This document shows positions 34,982 through 44,985 of a stretch of DNA of 64,000 bases, piece by piece. How positions within the stretch are numbered: position 1 is the stretch's first letter; every line of letters begins with the position of its first letter. This stretch comes from an uncultured Meiothermus sp. (lineage in GTDB: Bacteria > Deinococcota > Deinococci > Deinococcales > Thermaceae): the NCBI GenBank assembly GCA_937950405.1, contig CALFDH010000004.1, forward strand, positions 4,316 through 68,315, given 5' to 3'. Made by a program: the position numbers and the translations under genes. Below the pieces are notes generated by a model that saw only the letters and a list, made by a program, of their open reading frames with translations, made no database searches and was not told where the DNA came from.

Positions 34982-35137
34982 AGAATATGTATATAACATA
35001 AACATTTTTAAGTCAAGACATAATGGAGTAATTTTGTTTCACTCTGTACACAATTCTTAAACCTCGAGCAAAGTTTATTTTGGAAATTCATTCACGATGT
35101 TGCATAAAGCAGGGTCTTCTAACCGGGAAACGTGTGC

Positions 35138-35167
35138 TTGACAACGTTCTAACCTGGCTCGTATATT
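35138..35167 (+). promoter_or_regulatory. sigma70 promoter of the pyrimidine catabolism operon
   Basis: TTGACA-18-TATATT. Confidence 0.7.
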
Positions 35168-35295
35168 CCTGTTAGCAAAAACCAACCGGGTTAAATCGGC
35201 TCCCGTGAGGGCACGAACCGTCTTAGTGATCAATCACCGAGAGGGTTTTTGTCCTTTGCTATGACAAAAAGGCCCAGCCCGATAAAGGAGGAAGC

Positions 35296-36627
35296 GTGCA
35301 GATCATCAAGCCAGAGGAAGTTCTATCTGAATACTACCCGCCCCTGACCGACCACGAAGCACTGGTCGAAGCCAACCGCTGCCTTTACTGCTACGACGCG
35401 CCCTGCACCCACGCCTGTCCTACCCACATCGACATTCCCAAGTTCATCAAGAAGATTGCCACCCAGAACGTGGTGGGCTCGGCCCGCACGATTCTGGAGT
35501 CCAACCTGATGGGGGCCACCTGTGCGCGGGTCTGCCCCGTGCAGGAGTTGTGTGAGGGTGCTTGTGTACTCGGAGCTGAGCACAAACCCATCGCCATTGG
35601 GCGCTTGCAGCGCTATGCGACCGATTACGTCTACGAGCGTGGGATTGACGTGTTCAAGCCAGGCCCCCCTACGGGCAAGAAGGTCGCGGTGATTGGGGCG
35701 GGGCCCGCGGGCCTGACCTGCGCCGGTGAGCTGGCCAAGCTGGGGCATAGCGTCACGGTGTTCGAGAAGCGTGAGCTCCCCAACGGGCTCTCGACCTACG
35801 GCATCATCGTGCTGCGTGAGCCGGTGGAGGTGGCCCAGGCCGAGGCCGAGATGGTGCGGCGGCTGGGCGTGGAGATCAAGACCCAGATGGAGCTGGGCCG
35901 AAACCTTTCCTGGGACGAGGTTAAGCAGGCTTTCGATGCAGTGTTCCTGAGCGTGGGCCTGGGGGGCGTGCCCATGATGGGAATTCCGGGAGAGGAGTAC
36001 ATCCTGGACGGCCTGCAGTACATCGAGACCTCCAAGATGAATCCTGAAAGCCTGAAGGTAGGGCATCAGGTGGTGGTGATTGGCGCGGGTAACACCGCGG
36101 TGGACTGTGCCACCATTGCCAAGCGCCTGGGAGCCGAGCGGGTCACGATGGTCTACCGCCGCACCGAGCGCGAGATGACGGCCTACGACTTCGAGTACAG
36201 CTTTGTAAAAAACGAAGGGGTGGAGTTCCGCTTCCTGACCCAGCCGGTGGAGGTGCTGGTGGAGAACGGTCAGGTGGTGGGCCTGAAGTGCGTGCGGATG
36301 GCCCTGGGGGCCCCCGACGCCTCTGGCCGGCCTGCCCCCGTGCCTGTGCCCGGGTCGGAGTTCGTGTTGCCCTGCGATCAGGTGGTGAAAGCCATCGGCC
36401 AGGAGAAACCGGCGGTGGCCCGGCTGCTGGGCCTCGAGACCGACAAGGGCTTCATCAAGGTCAACCAGAACTACGAGACCAGCCTGCCCGGCGTTTTCGC
36501 CGGGGGCGACTGCATCCGGGCCAAAGGCGCAGCCTCGACCGTGATGGCGGTGCAGGACGGTAAACTGGCGGCGTTTGCGATTCACCGCAACCTGATGGCC
36601 GGGATGGGCGCAGCCGCCGATGATTGA
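35296..36627 (+). CDS. preT: Dihydropyrimidine dehydrogenase subunit (GltD-like)
   Basis: RCLYCYDAPCTHACPTHIDIP, GAGPAG, GAGNTAVD; SD AGGAGG; adjacent to preA and hydA. Confidence 0.9.
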   Translation: MQIIKPEEVLSEYYPPLTDHEALVEANRCLYCYDAPCTHACPTHIDIPKFIKKIATQNVVGSARTILESNLMGATCARVCPVQELCEGACVLGAEHKPIAIGRLQRYATDYVYERGIDVFKPGPPTGKKVAVIGAGPAGLTCAGELAKLGHSVTVFEKRELPNGLSTYGIIVLREPVEVAQAEAEMVRRLGVEIKTQMELGRNLSWDEVKQAFDAVFLSVGLGGVPMMGIPGEEYILDGLQYIETSKMNPESLKVGHQVVVIGAGNTAVDCATIAKRLGAERVTMVYRRTEREMTAYDFEYSFVKNEGVEFRFLTQPVEVLVENGQVVGLKCVRMALGAPDASGRPAPVPVPGSEFVLPCDQVVKAIGQEKPAVARLLGLETDKGFIKVNQNYETSLPGVFAGGDCIRAKGAASTVMAVQDGKLAAFAIHRNLMAGMGAAADD

Positions 36628-36704
36628 TTAGGCGAACTAGCGAAACAGAGGGCGTTTTTTTGCTATGGGCCTCTAGCTTTCAGCGCGACTGAAAGGAGCA
36701 CATA

Positions 36705-38090
36705 ATGGCAGACCTAAGCATCAACTTTGCCGGCATCAAGTCCCCCAACCCCTTCTGGCTGGCCTCAGCGCCCCCCACCAACTCGGGCGCACAGATCCAC
36801 CGGGCCTTTGAGCACGGCTGGGGTGGGGCGGTCTGGAAGACCATCGGGGCGCCGGTGCTGAACGTCTCGAACCGCTATGGGGCCTGGCACTATGGGGGCC
36901 AGAAAATGCTGGCCATCAACAACGTGGAGCTGATTTCTGACCGGCCCCTCGAGGTCAACCTGAAGGAGATCCGCGATGTGAAGCGCAACTGGCCCGACCG
37001 TGCGGTGATTGTCTCTGCCATGGTCGAATCCAAGCCCGAAGCCTGGCGCGATATCGTGATGCGGATTGAAGACACCGGAGCCGACGGCATCGAGCTCAAC
37101 TACGGCTGTCCCCACGGCATGAGCGAGCGGGGTATGGGCAGCGCGGTCGGGCAGGTACCCTCGTACTGCCAGATGATTACCTCCTGGGTCACCGAGGTGG
37201 CCAAAATTCCGGTCATCGTGAAACTGACCCCCAACGTGGCCTCGGTGGTGCCGCCTGCTCGAGCGGCCCTGGCGGCGGGCGCCAATGGGCTTTCCCTGAT
37301 TAACACCATCAACTCCATTGTTGGGGTGAACCTCGATACCCTGGAAATCACCCCCAATATCGGAGGGAAGGGCGGCCACGGGGGCTACGCAGGCCCGGCG
37401 GTCAAGCCCATCGCCCTGAACTTTTTATCCTCTCTGGGGGTAGACGAGGAGGTTCGCCGCTACGGGGTGCCCATCTCGGGCATGGGGGGGATCTCGACCT
37501 GGAAAGACGCTGCGGAGTTTTTGCTGCTGGGCGCAACCAGCCTGCAGGTCTGCACGGCGGTTATGCACTATGGCTTCCGCATCATCGAAGATCTGGTGGA
37601 CGGCCTCAATGCCTGGATGGATGCCAAGGGTTTCAAGACCATCTCTGACGTGGTGGGCAAGAGCCTGCACCGCATTTCCGACTTCAACGACTTCGACCTT
37701 TCTTTCCGGGCGGTGGCGCGCATTGACCCCGACAAGTGCATCCGCTGCAACCTGTGCTATGTGGCCTGCAACGATACCGCCCACCAGTGCATTGACCTGG
37801 TTGACGCCAGTGGCAGCGTGGTGCCGCCCTTCCGCTACGATGTACACTCCAACGGCAAGCACGAGGCCGTGAGCACCCGCCCCCAGCCGGTGGTGCGCGA
37901 AGAAGACTGCGTGGGCTGCCGCCTGTGCCACAACGTCTGTCCGGTGGAGGGTTGCATCGAGATGGTAGAGGTGCCCTCGGGCCGTGCAAGCGTCACCTGG
38001 CGCGAGCTTACCGAGAAGCGCCCCGAAGTGACCGACGACTGGGAGGCCATGAAGCGGTACCGGGAGGAGGTGGGGATCGATATTCACTAA
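36705..38090 (+). CDS. preA: Dihydropyrimidine dehydrogenase subunit PreA
   Basis: PNPFWLASAPPT, NVELISDR, ELNYGCPHGMSERGMG, two 4Fe-4S motifs. Confidence 0.95.
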   Translation: MADLSINFAGIKSPNPFWLASAPPTNSGAQIHRAFEHGWGGAVWKTIGAPVLNVSNRYGAWHYGGQKMLAINNVELISDRPLEVNLKEIRDVKRNWPDRAVIVSAMVESKPEAWRDIVMRIEDTGADGIELNYGCPHGMSERGMGSAVGQVPSYCQMITSWVTEVAKIPVIVKLTPNVASVVPPARAALAAGANGLSLINTINSIVGVNLDTLEITPNIGGKGGHGGYAGPAVKPIALNFLSSLGVDEEVRRYGVPISGMGGISTWKDAAEFLLLGATSLQVCTAVMHYGFRIIEDLVDGLNAWMDAKGFKTISDVVGKSLHRISDFNDFDLSFRAVARIDPDKCIRCNLCYVACNDTAHQCIDLVDASGSVVPPFRYDVHSNGKHEAVSTRPQPVVREEDCVGCRLCHNVCPVEGCIEMVEVPSGRASVTWRELTEKRPEVTDDWEAMKRYREEVGIDIH

Positions 38091-38159
38091 GAGATACCTA
38101 CAGATGCTGGTTCCCTTTTCCCTTTACAGGGCTTTCTATGCCTCGGAGCAGGTGGACAG

Positions 38160-38579
38160 GTGACCCAAGAGTCCAGGGTTTTGTTTGTTTGTTACGGTAA
38201 TACCTGCCGTAGTGTGATGGCGGAATACATTGCCAGGCACAAAATCAAGGGTGCCCGCTTTGAGTCGGCTGGGTTGAAGCCTGGCTCGAGGGCAGACACC
38301 CGCAATGCCGTTTCCACCCTGGCGAACTTGTTTGGGGTTGATGCCGGTAGCCACCAACCTCGAGGGCTCGACGCAGTGGACCTTGCATCTTTTGATTACG
38401 TTGTGGCTTTGGATAGGCAGGTTGCTAAATGCCTAAAGAATAGTATCCCGCAAGACAAGCTCGATTTATGGGAAATCGCCGATCCATTTGGAAGTGATCA
38501 GAGTGAATATGATAGTTGTGCGCGTCTGATAGAACAGAGAGTGCGAGGTCTAGAGTACCGACTCACACAAGGGGGTTGA
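38160..38579 (+). CDS. Low-molecular-weight protein tyrosine phosphatase / ArsC-like protein
   Basis: LFVCYGNTCRS (CX5R) and IADPF motifs; more AT-rich than its neighbours. Confidence 0.85.
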   Translation: MTQESRVLFVCYGNTCRSVMAEYIARHKIKGARFESAGLKPGSRADTRNAVSTLANLFGVDAGSHQPRGLDAVDLASFDYVVALDRQVAKCLKNSIPQDKLDLWEIADPFGSDQSEYDSCARLIEQRVRGLEYRLTQGG

Positions 38580-38580
38580 T

Positions 38581-39960
38581 ATGGGACTACTGATCAAAAA
38601 CGGCGAAATCATCACCGCAGACAGCCGCTACAAAGCCGACATCTACGCTGAAGGCGAGACCATCACGCGCATTGGGCAGAACCTGGACGCCCCGCCCGGT
38701 ACGGAGGTGATAGATGCCTCGGGCAAGTATGTGTTTCCGGGTTTCATAGACCCGCATGTCCACATCTACCTGCCCTTCATGGCGACCTTCGCCAAGGATA
38801 CCCACGAAACGGGCTCCAAGGCGGCCCTGATGGGGGGCACCACCACCTATATCGAGATGTGCTGCCCCAGCCGCAACGACGATGCCCTGGAAGGTTATCA
38901 GCTCTGGAAGGGCAAGGCCGAGGGGAACAGCTACTGCGACTACACCTTCCATATGGCGGTGTCCAAGTTCGACGAAAAGACCGAGGCCCAGCTCCGCGAG
39001 ATTGTGGCCGATGGTATCAGCAGCTTCAAGATTTTCCTCTCCTACAAGAACTTCTTTGGGGTGGAAGACGGGGAGATGTACCAGACCATGCGGCTGGCCA
39101 AAGAGCTGGGGGTAATCGTGACCGCCCACTGCGAGAATGCCGAGCTGGTGAGCCAGTTGCAACAAAAAATCCTGTCCGAAGGCAAGACCGGCCCCGAGTG
39201 GCACGAGCCCAGCCGCCCCGAGTCGGTCGAGGCCGAGGGCACCAACCGCTTTGCCACCTTCCTCGAGAACACCGGAGCCACCGGCTACGTGGTGCACCTC
39301 TCCTGTAAGCCTGCCCTCGATGCGGCTATGGCCGCCAAGGCCCGTGGCGTACCCCTGTATATTGAGTCGGTCATCCCTCACTTTCTGCTGGACAAGACCT
39401 ACGCCGAGCAGGGCGGGGTGGAGGCCATGAAATACATCATGTCGCCCCCGCTGCGCGAGAAGCGCAACCAAAAAGCCCTGTGGGACGCGCTGGCCCAGGG
39501 CTTTATTGACACCGTGGGCACCGACCACTGCCCCTTCGACACCTCGCAGAAGCTGCTGGGCAAGGATGCTTTTACGTCGATTCCTAACGGCATCCCGGCC
39601 ATTGAAGACCGGGTGAACCTGCTCTACACCTACGGGGTGAGCCGGGGCCAGCTCGACATTCACCGCTTTGTGGATGCGGCCAGCACCCGGGCGGCCAAGC
39701 TCTTTGGCCTGTTCCCGCGCAAGGGCACCATTGCCGTGGGGTCCGATGCCGACCTGGTTGTGTACGACCCCCACCACCGGGGCAAGATTTCGGTTGCTAC
39801 CCAGAGCGTGAACAACGATTACAACGGCTTTGAGGGCTTTGAGATAGACGGCAAGCCCAGTGTGGTCACGGTGCGGGGCAAGGTGGCGGTGCGCGATGGG
39901 CAGTTTGTGGGTGAGAAGGGGCGGGGTAAGCTCCTGCGGCGCGAGCCCATGTATTTCTGA
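38581..39960 (+). CDS. hydA: Dihydropyrimidinase (D-hydantoinase)
   Basis: PGFIDPHVH, AHCEN, VHLS, GTDHCPF, IPNGIP; closely resembles the Thermus sp. D-hydantoinase as recalled. Confidence 0.96.
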   Translation: MGLLIKNGEIITADSRYKADIYAEGETITRIGQNLDAPPGTEVIDASGKYVFPGFIDPHVHIYLPFMATFAKDTHETGSKAALMGGTTTYIEMCCPSRNDDALEGYQLWKGKAEGNSYCDYTFHMAVSKFDEKTEAQLREIVADGISSFKIFLSYKNFFGVEDGEMYQTMRLAKELGVIVTAHCENAELVSQLQQKILSEGKTGPEWHEPSRPESVEAEGTNRFATFLENTGATGYVVHLSCKPALDAAMAAKARGVPLYIESVIPHFLLDKTYAEQGGVEAMKYIMSPPLREKRNQKALWDALAQGFIDTVGTDHCPFDTSQKLLGKDAFTSIPNGIPAIEDRVNLLYTYGVSRGQLDIHRFVDAASTRAAKLFGLFPRKGTIAVGSDADLVVYDPHHRGKISVATQSVNNDYNGFEGFEIDGKPSVVTVRGKVAVRDGQFVGEKGRGKLLRREPMYF

Positions 39961-40112
39961 TGAAGCCGAAGCAGGTGCTCAGCTTCCTGGGGGGCGTATG
40001 TCTTTCGATTGGGGTGCTTCTGGCCCTAGGAGGTAGCTCGGCCTGGGCACTGTTTGTGGTCGTTGGCGGTTTGCTGATCGTGATTGCGCAGCGCGGACCC
40101 AGGAAGTGGTGA
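39960..40112 (+). CDS. 50-aa two-TM small membrane protein
   Basis: ATG overlaps the hydA stop (TGATG); MKPKQVLSFLGGVCLSIGVLLALGGSSAWALFVVVGGLLIVIAQRGPRKW*. Confidence 0.6.
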   Translation: MKPKQVLSFLGGVCLSIGVLLALGGSSAWALFVVVGGLLIVIAQRGPRKW

Positions 40113-40168
40113 GCAGGTTGGATATTTATGCGTGTCGCGGTAGAATCCCCATCTGAGAAGAGGTCTGG

Positions 40169-40813
40169 ATGCTGATACCCCCTGACCAACTGCTGGTGTT
40201 TGCCCTGGCCAGCCTGGCACTGCTTCTGATTCCTGGCCCTGCGGTGCTGTACATCGTCACCCGCAGCGCCTCGCAGGGCCGTGCGGCGGGGATGGCCAGC
40301 GTGCTGGGCATCCAGTGCGGCGGGATTTTGCACGTGCTGATGGCCACGCTGGGCCTTTCGGCCATTTTGCTTTCCAGCGCCCTGGCCTTCAACCTGGTTA
40401 AGTATGCAGGTGCGGCCTATCTGGTGTACCTGGGCCTGCGTACCTGGCTCTCGAGGGAGCCGGTGGAGCTCGGCGCTCTGGACCGGCAGCCCCTGGGGCG
40501 CATTTTTCTGCAAGGCTTTGTAGTCAACGCCCTGAACCCCAAAACCGCCCTCTTCTTCTTTGCCTTTCTGCCGCAGTTTGTAGACCCGGCCAGGGGAGCG
40601 GCCTCGTTGCAGTTCTTGCTGCTGGGGCTGGTTTTTATTACCCTGGCCACCTTCAGCGATGGAGCCTATGCGCTCCTCTCGAGCACGCTGGGAGGCTGGC
40701 TCCGGCGCAAAACCAAGGAGCCCCGCTTTGCCCTGGGGCAGCGGCTGGTAACCGGAGGTATCTATATCGGACTGGGCGTGACCGCCGCCCTGACCGGCCA
40801 GAGACACCAATAG
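40169..40813 (+). CDS. LysE/RhtB family exporter
   Basis: PGPAVLY, GAAYLVYLG, NALNPKTALFFFAFLPQF. Confidence 0.92.
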   Translation: MLIPPDQLLVFALASLALLLIPGPAVLYIVTRSASQGRAAGMASVLGIQCGGILHVLMATLGLSAILLSSALAFNLVKYAGAAYLVYLGLRTWLSREPVELGALDRQPLGRIFLQGFVVNALNPKTALFFFAFLPQFVDPARGAASLQFLLLGLVFITLATFSDGAYALLSSTLGGWLRRKTKEPRFALGQRLVTGGIYIGLGVTAALTGQRHQ

Positions 40814-40821
40814 GGAAGACC

Positions 40822-41649
40822 ATGATGCAGTCCAACACCCCGAACACCCACCTACCCAGCTCCAGCCTCGAGGTCCGTCCCATCGTTTCGGTGCGACAGG
40901 TCTCGATGATTTTTCAGACCGGCACGGTAGCCCTCAAAAATGCCAACCTCGAGATTGCCCAGGGTGAGTTCATCAGCCTGATTGGGCCCTCGGGCTGTGG
41001 CAAGACCACCCTGCTTCGCCTGCTGGCCGACCTCATCAAGCCCACTTCGGGTACCATCCAGATCGGTGGGAAAAACCCGGAGGAAGCCCGCAAGAGTCGG
41101 GCCTACGGCTACGTTTTTCAGGCACCCACCCTGATGGAGTGGCGCACGGTGCTGTCCAACGTGATGCTGCCCCTGGAGGTGATGAACTTCCCGGCTTCTG
41201 AGCGCAAAGCCAGAGCCGAGAAGATGCTCACGCTGGTGGGGCTGGAAAAGTTTGCCAGGCACTACCCCTGGCAACTTTCGGGTGGGATGCAACAGCGCGT
41301 CTCCATTGCCCGGGCGCTGGCTTTCGACCCCCAGCTCCTGTTTATGGACGAGCCCTTTGGTGCGCTGGACGAGATTACCCGCGAGAACCTGAACCTAGAG
41401 CTGTTGCGCTTGTGGCGCGAGACAGGCAAGACCATCATCTTCGTGACCCACTCCATCCCCGAGGCGGTCTTCCTCTCGACCCGCATCGTGGTGATGACCC
41501 CCCGCCCCGGCAAAATCGAAACGGTGATTCCGGTGGACCTGCCCCAGCCCCGTACCTTCGAGACCCGCGAACTGCCGGAGTTCTTCCAGATTGCCACCGA
41601 GGTGCGAGAAGCCCTGCGCCGAGGACACGGATACGAGGTGACCGAATGA
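40822..41649 (+). CDS. NitT/TauT-type ABC transporter ATP-binding protein
   Basis: GPSGCGKTT, LSGGMQQR, MDEPFGALDEITRE, VTHS. Confidence 0.93.
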   Translation: MMQSNTPNTHLPSSSLEVRPIVSVRQVSMIFQTGTVALKNANLEIAQGEFISLIGPSGCGKTTLLRLLADLIKPTSGTIQIGGKNPEEARKSRAYGYVFQAPTLMEWRTVLSNVMLPLEVMNFPASERKARAEKMLTLVGLEKFARHYPWQLSGGMQQRVSIARALAFDPQLLFMDEPFGALDEITRENLNLELLRLWRETGKTIIFVTHSIPEAVFLSTRIVVMTPRPGKIETVIPVDLPQPRTFETRELPEFFQIATEVREALRRGHGYEVTE

Positions 41650-42566
41650 CCCGTATCTCGCCCCATCTGGGGCCCATGCTGGTAGTGGCCCTCATTACGC
41701 TGGCCCTGTACTGGCCGCTGATGTATCTGGCCAACATTCCGGCGGCCCAGCGGGCGCTGGACACCGGAGCGGCGCTCCCATGCAAGACGGCCTTTGAGTG
41801 CGCTACCCAGCTCAGAAGCCCGGTGCTGCCCTCACCGCAGCAGCTCTGGAATGGTTTTCGAAACCTGATGTTTCCCCTCAACTCCCAGAGCGCCATTCCC
41901 CTAAATGCTCTCGTGACGGCGCTCGAGACCATTGTAGGCCTGCTGCTGGCTGCCCTGGTAGGCTTCTTTTTCGCTATCGGGATGGTGGCCTCGAGGGCCT
42001 TCGAGCGCTCCTTGCTGCCCTGGATTGTGGCCTCGCAGACGGTGCCGATCATCGCCATCGCGCCCATGCTGGTGGTGGTGCTGGGCCAGTATGGGGTACA
42101 GGGCTGGCTGCCCAAGGCCATCATCGCTGCTTATATTGCTTTTTTCCCTATCGCCATTGGAGTGGCCAAGGGGCTCAAGAGCCCCGACCCCCTCAGCCTT
42201 GACCTGATGAAAACCTACAACGCCAGCAACTGGCAGACCTATCTGAAGCTGCGCTTTCCGGCTTCAATTCCCTATCTTTTTACAGCCTTCAAGGTGGCCA
42301 TGACGGCGGCTTTGATTGGGGCCATTGTGGCCGAAATTTCCACCATCAGTTTTCAGGGCATCGGCAAGATGCTGGCCGAAAACTCCCGCGCTTCGGATGT
42401 GGTGGCGATGTGGGTCATCATGCTTTCCTCGGCGGTGCTGGGTATTTTGCTGGTGGCCCTGGTGAACTGGTTGGAGCGCTTGCTAACCCCCTGGCAACGC
42501 GTCAGAACAGCCGCTACGCCTCTGCCCAAGCAAGCCAGGGTATCTGAGCGTGGAGGAGCTGGCTAA
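41646..42566 (+). CDS. ABC transporter permease (NitT/TauT)
   Basis: SQTVPIIAIAP, LRFPASIPYLF; ATGA coupling. Confidence 0.9.
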   Translation: MTRISPHLGPMLVVALITLALYWPLMYLANIPAAQRALDTGAALPCKTAFECATQLRSPVLPSPQQLWNGFRNLMFPLNSQSAIPLNALVTALETIVGLLLAALVGFFFAIGMVASRAFERSLLPWIVASQTVPIIAIAPMLVVVLGQYGVQGWLPKAIIAAYIAFFPIAIGVAKGLKSPDPLSLDLMKTYNASNWQTYLKLRFPASIPYLFTAFKVAMTAALIGAIVAEISTISFQGIGKMLAENSRASDVVAMWVIMLSSAVLGILLVALVNWLERLLTPWQRVRTAATPLPKQARVSERGGAG

Positions 42567-43537
42567 TGGTGGCTCAACCGACCAAGTCCGCCTGGAATCA
42601 GGCACTGCTGGGCTGGGTGCTGCTCGTGGTGGGGTTTGGTATTTTGTTCTGGTTCATTGCGAGCTGGTGGAACCAGACCGAACCTGCTTCGGGTCCTCAA
42701 AAACTCCTGATTGGGGCCGGCTTTCTGCTGGCAGCTCTGGGCATCGCCTGGGTGGCCAACCAGTTTGTGAACACCCCCAACCCGGTCATAGGCTTTACCC
42801 CGGCAGCCCTGACCTTGCTGGTGGTGGTGGTAACGGCGGAAGCCCTGTTGCGGGCCTACCAGGTTCCCCCTGGGCTTATCCCGACCCCCAGCCGGGTACT
42901 CTCCACGTTTTTTGCGGTGCGGGATGTATTGCTACAGGACGCCTTCCAGACGGTGGTGCTGGAGGCGCTTGTCGGCTACCTGATTGGTTGTGGCCTGGGT
43001 GTGTTTACGGCGTTACTGGTGAGCCGGTATGTGTTTCTGGAGCGGGGCCTGTTGCCCTATGCTACGGTTTTTAGCAGCATTCCCATCGTGGCCCTGGCCC
43101 CGGTGCTGGTCAAGATGGTGGGCATAGACTGGCAGTCCAAGGCGGTGATTGTGGCCATCACGGTGTTTTTTCCGGTGGTGGTGAATACTTTCCGGGGTCT
43201 TAGCGAGGTCAGCCCTCTGTCGCTCGACCTGATGCGCTCGTATGCGGCCGGCGAGGTACAGCAGTACCGCTGGCTGCGGCTGCCCAATGCGCTGCCCTTC
43301 ATCTTCAATGCCCTCAAGCTCGGAACCACCCTGGCCATGATTGGGGCCATTGTGGGTGAGTTCTTTGGGGCCAACGGGCAGGGCCTGGGTTTTCGGATCC
43401 AGATTGAAGCAGGCCGCTTCGGCTTCGATATCGTGTGGTCGGCCATTATTGTGGCGTCGCTGATCGGCATCGCCTGGTACAACCTGGTGGCGTGGCTCGA
43501 GCGGAGGTTAACGGGATGGCACGTATCCTTCCGCTAA
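42566..43537 (+). CDS. ABC transporter permease (NitT/TauT)
   Basis: IPIVALAP, LRLPNALPFIF, GAIVGEFFG. Confidence 0.9.
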   Translation: MVAQPTKSAWNQALLGWVLLVVGFGILFWFIASWWNQTEPASGPQKLLIGAGFLLAALGIAWVANQFVNTPNPVIGFTPAALTLLVVVVTAEALLRAYQVPPGLIPTPSRVLSTFFAVRDVLLQDAFQTVVLEALVGYLIGCGLGVFTALLVSRYVFLERGLLPYATVFSSIPIVALAPVLVKMVGIDWQSKAVIVAITVFFPVVVNTFRGLSEVSPLSLDLMRSYAAGEVQQYRWLRLPNALPFIFNALKLGTTLAMIGAIVGEFFGANGQGLGFRIQIEAGRFGFDIVWSAIIVASLIGIAWYNLVAWLERRLTGWHVSFR

Positions 43538-43768
43538 CGGTCGTTGTAAAAGGCTCGCACCTTCGGTCTCGAGCGGAGCCTGGCAGGAGAGTTTGTTTCT
43601 TTCTGAGGCGGGTACCGATGGCCTATAGTGAGGCGTTTTCCCCCGCTGTTGGCTATCCGCTTTGAGCTTTCAGCAATGCGAGGGAGGTGATTTAGGAAGC
43701 TTGACAAGAGGGTTGTGGGTTGCAGTAGGCTACCGTTTGAAGTCGCTCTGGCACAAAAGGAGGCAAGG

Positions 43769-44854
43769 ATGAAGAAATGGTCGGTCGTATGGGTACTGGC
43801 GGTCTTCTTGTTAGCGTCGCTGGCGAGCGCACAGCAGAATCTGGTTAAGGTCAACTTGCAGCTTAAGTGGTTCCCACAAGCGCAGTTTGCTGGCTTCTTT
43901 GTGGCCAAGGAGCGAGGCTTTTTCCGCGCCCAGGGGCTCGACGTGACCCTGCTGCCTGCGGGCGACCAGTCGCCCATCCAGGTGGTGCAGTCCGGTGCTG
44001 CGGATTTCGGCACAACCTGGATTGCCGACCTACTGACAGCCCGCGAGCGGGGCATCCCGGTGGTGCATATTGCCCAAATTTTCCAGCGCTCCGGCTTTAC
44101 GCTGGTCTCGCTCAAGTCTACTGGCATCAAAGACCTCTGCAAAGATATGAAGGGCAAGAGTGTGGGGGTCTGGCCCTCCGGCAACGAATATCCGGCAGTG
44201 GCCCTCTTCCGCAAGTGTGGTCTGACCAGCTCACTGGACCCTCGCGCGACCAACCCCGACGTAACTGCGGTAAGCTATCCCTTCGATCCGGCCCTGGTGT
44301 TCCCCGACAAGGTGCAGCTGGTGTCGGCCATGACCTATAACGAGGTCAACCAGATTGCCGGGCTGGGCTACGACGAAACCAAAGTGGATGTGTTCAAACT
44401 GGCCGATGAAGGCATCAACCTGCTGGAAGACCTAATATTCACCACGGAGCGAGTGCTCAACGACCGCAATTTCAAAGGCTCGGGCCTTACGGGTCGGCAG
44501 GTTGCGGCCCGACTGATTCGTGCTTCTATCCAGGGCTGGAACTGGGCCGTGGCCAACCAGGCCGAGACGGTGGAGAAGTACGTGCTGCCGGTCTGTGGTA
44601 ACACTTGCAAGGGCTCAGGCACCCGCGCCGATGCCAAAGGCCACCAGACCTGGCAGATGGCCGAAATCGCCAAGCTCTACAATGCAGGTGCCACCACCAA
44701 GGGCTGGGCGGGTTTCCTGGTGCCCGCTGATTACCAGGCCTCGGTGCGTTTACTCCGCGAGCAGGGCATTCTGACCAAAGACCCACCCGCTGCCACGGTG
44801 GACTATGGTCCCTGGGAAGCCGCAACAGGCAAACGTGCTAGGGATTATCGCTAG
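43769..44854 (+). CDS. NMT1/THI5-like ABC substrate-binding protein (pyrimidine uptake)
   Basis: Signal peptide, LKWFPQAQFAGFFVAKERGFF, AMTYNE; SD AGGAGG. Confidence 0.88.
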   Translation: MKKWSVVWVLAVFLLASLASAQQNLVKVNLQLKWFPQAQFAGFFVAKERGFFRAQGLDVTLLPAGDQSPIQVVQSGAADFGTTWIADLLTARERGIPVVHIAQIFQRSGFTLVSLKSTGIKDLCKDMKGKSVGVWPSGNEYPAVALFRKCGLTSSLDPRATNPDVTAVSYPFDPALVFPDKVQLVSAMTYNEVNQIAGLGYDETKVDVFKLADEGINLLEDLIFTTERVLNDRNFKGSGLTGRQVAARLIRASIQGWNWAVANQAETVEKYVLPVCGNTCKGSGTRADAKGHQTWQMAEIAKLYNAGATTKGWAGFLVPADYQASVRLLREQGILTKDPPAATVDYGPWEAATGKRARDYR

Positions 44855-44867
44855 AGACGTGTTTGTT

Positions 44868-44896
44868 GGGGCGGCCTTTGGGTCGCCCCTTTTTTT
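44868..44896 (+). terminator. Rho-independent terminator
   Basis: GGGGCGGCC-TTTG-GGTCGCCCC followed by T7. Confidence 0.8.
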
Positions 44897-44985
44897 CCCC
44901 AAGAGCTCGAGGCCGCCAAGGCGTGTGCGTGAAAGTTGCTCTGGAGAGGGGTAAAATTCGCATGATTTCAATACCAGGAGGAAAG

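Noticed and set aside
35170-35295. Assignment of the preT leader to c-di-AMP (ydaO) or c-di-GMP riboswitch classes
   Set aside because: Only short fragments resemble them and the conserved cores are missing
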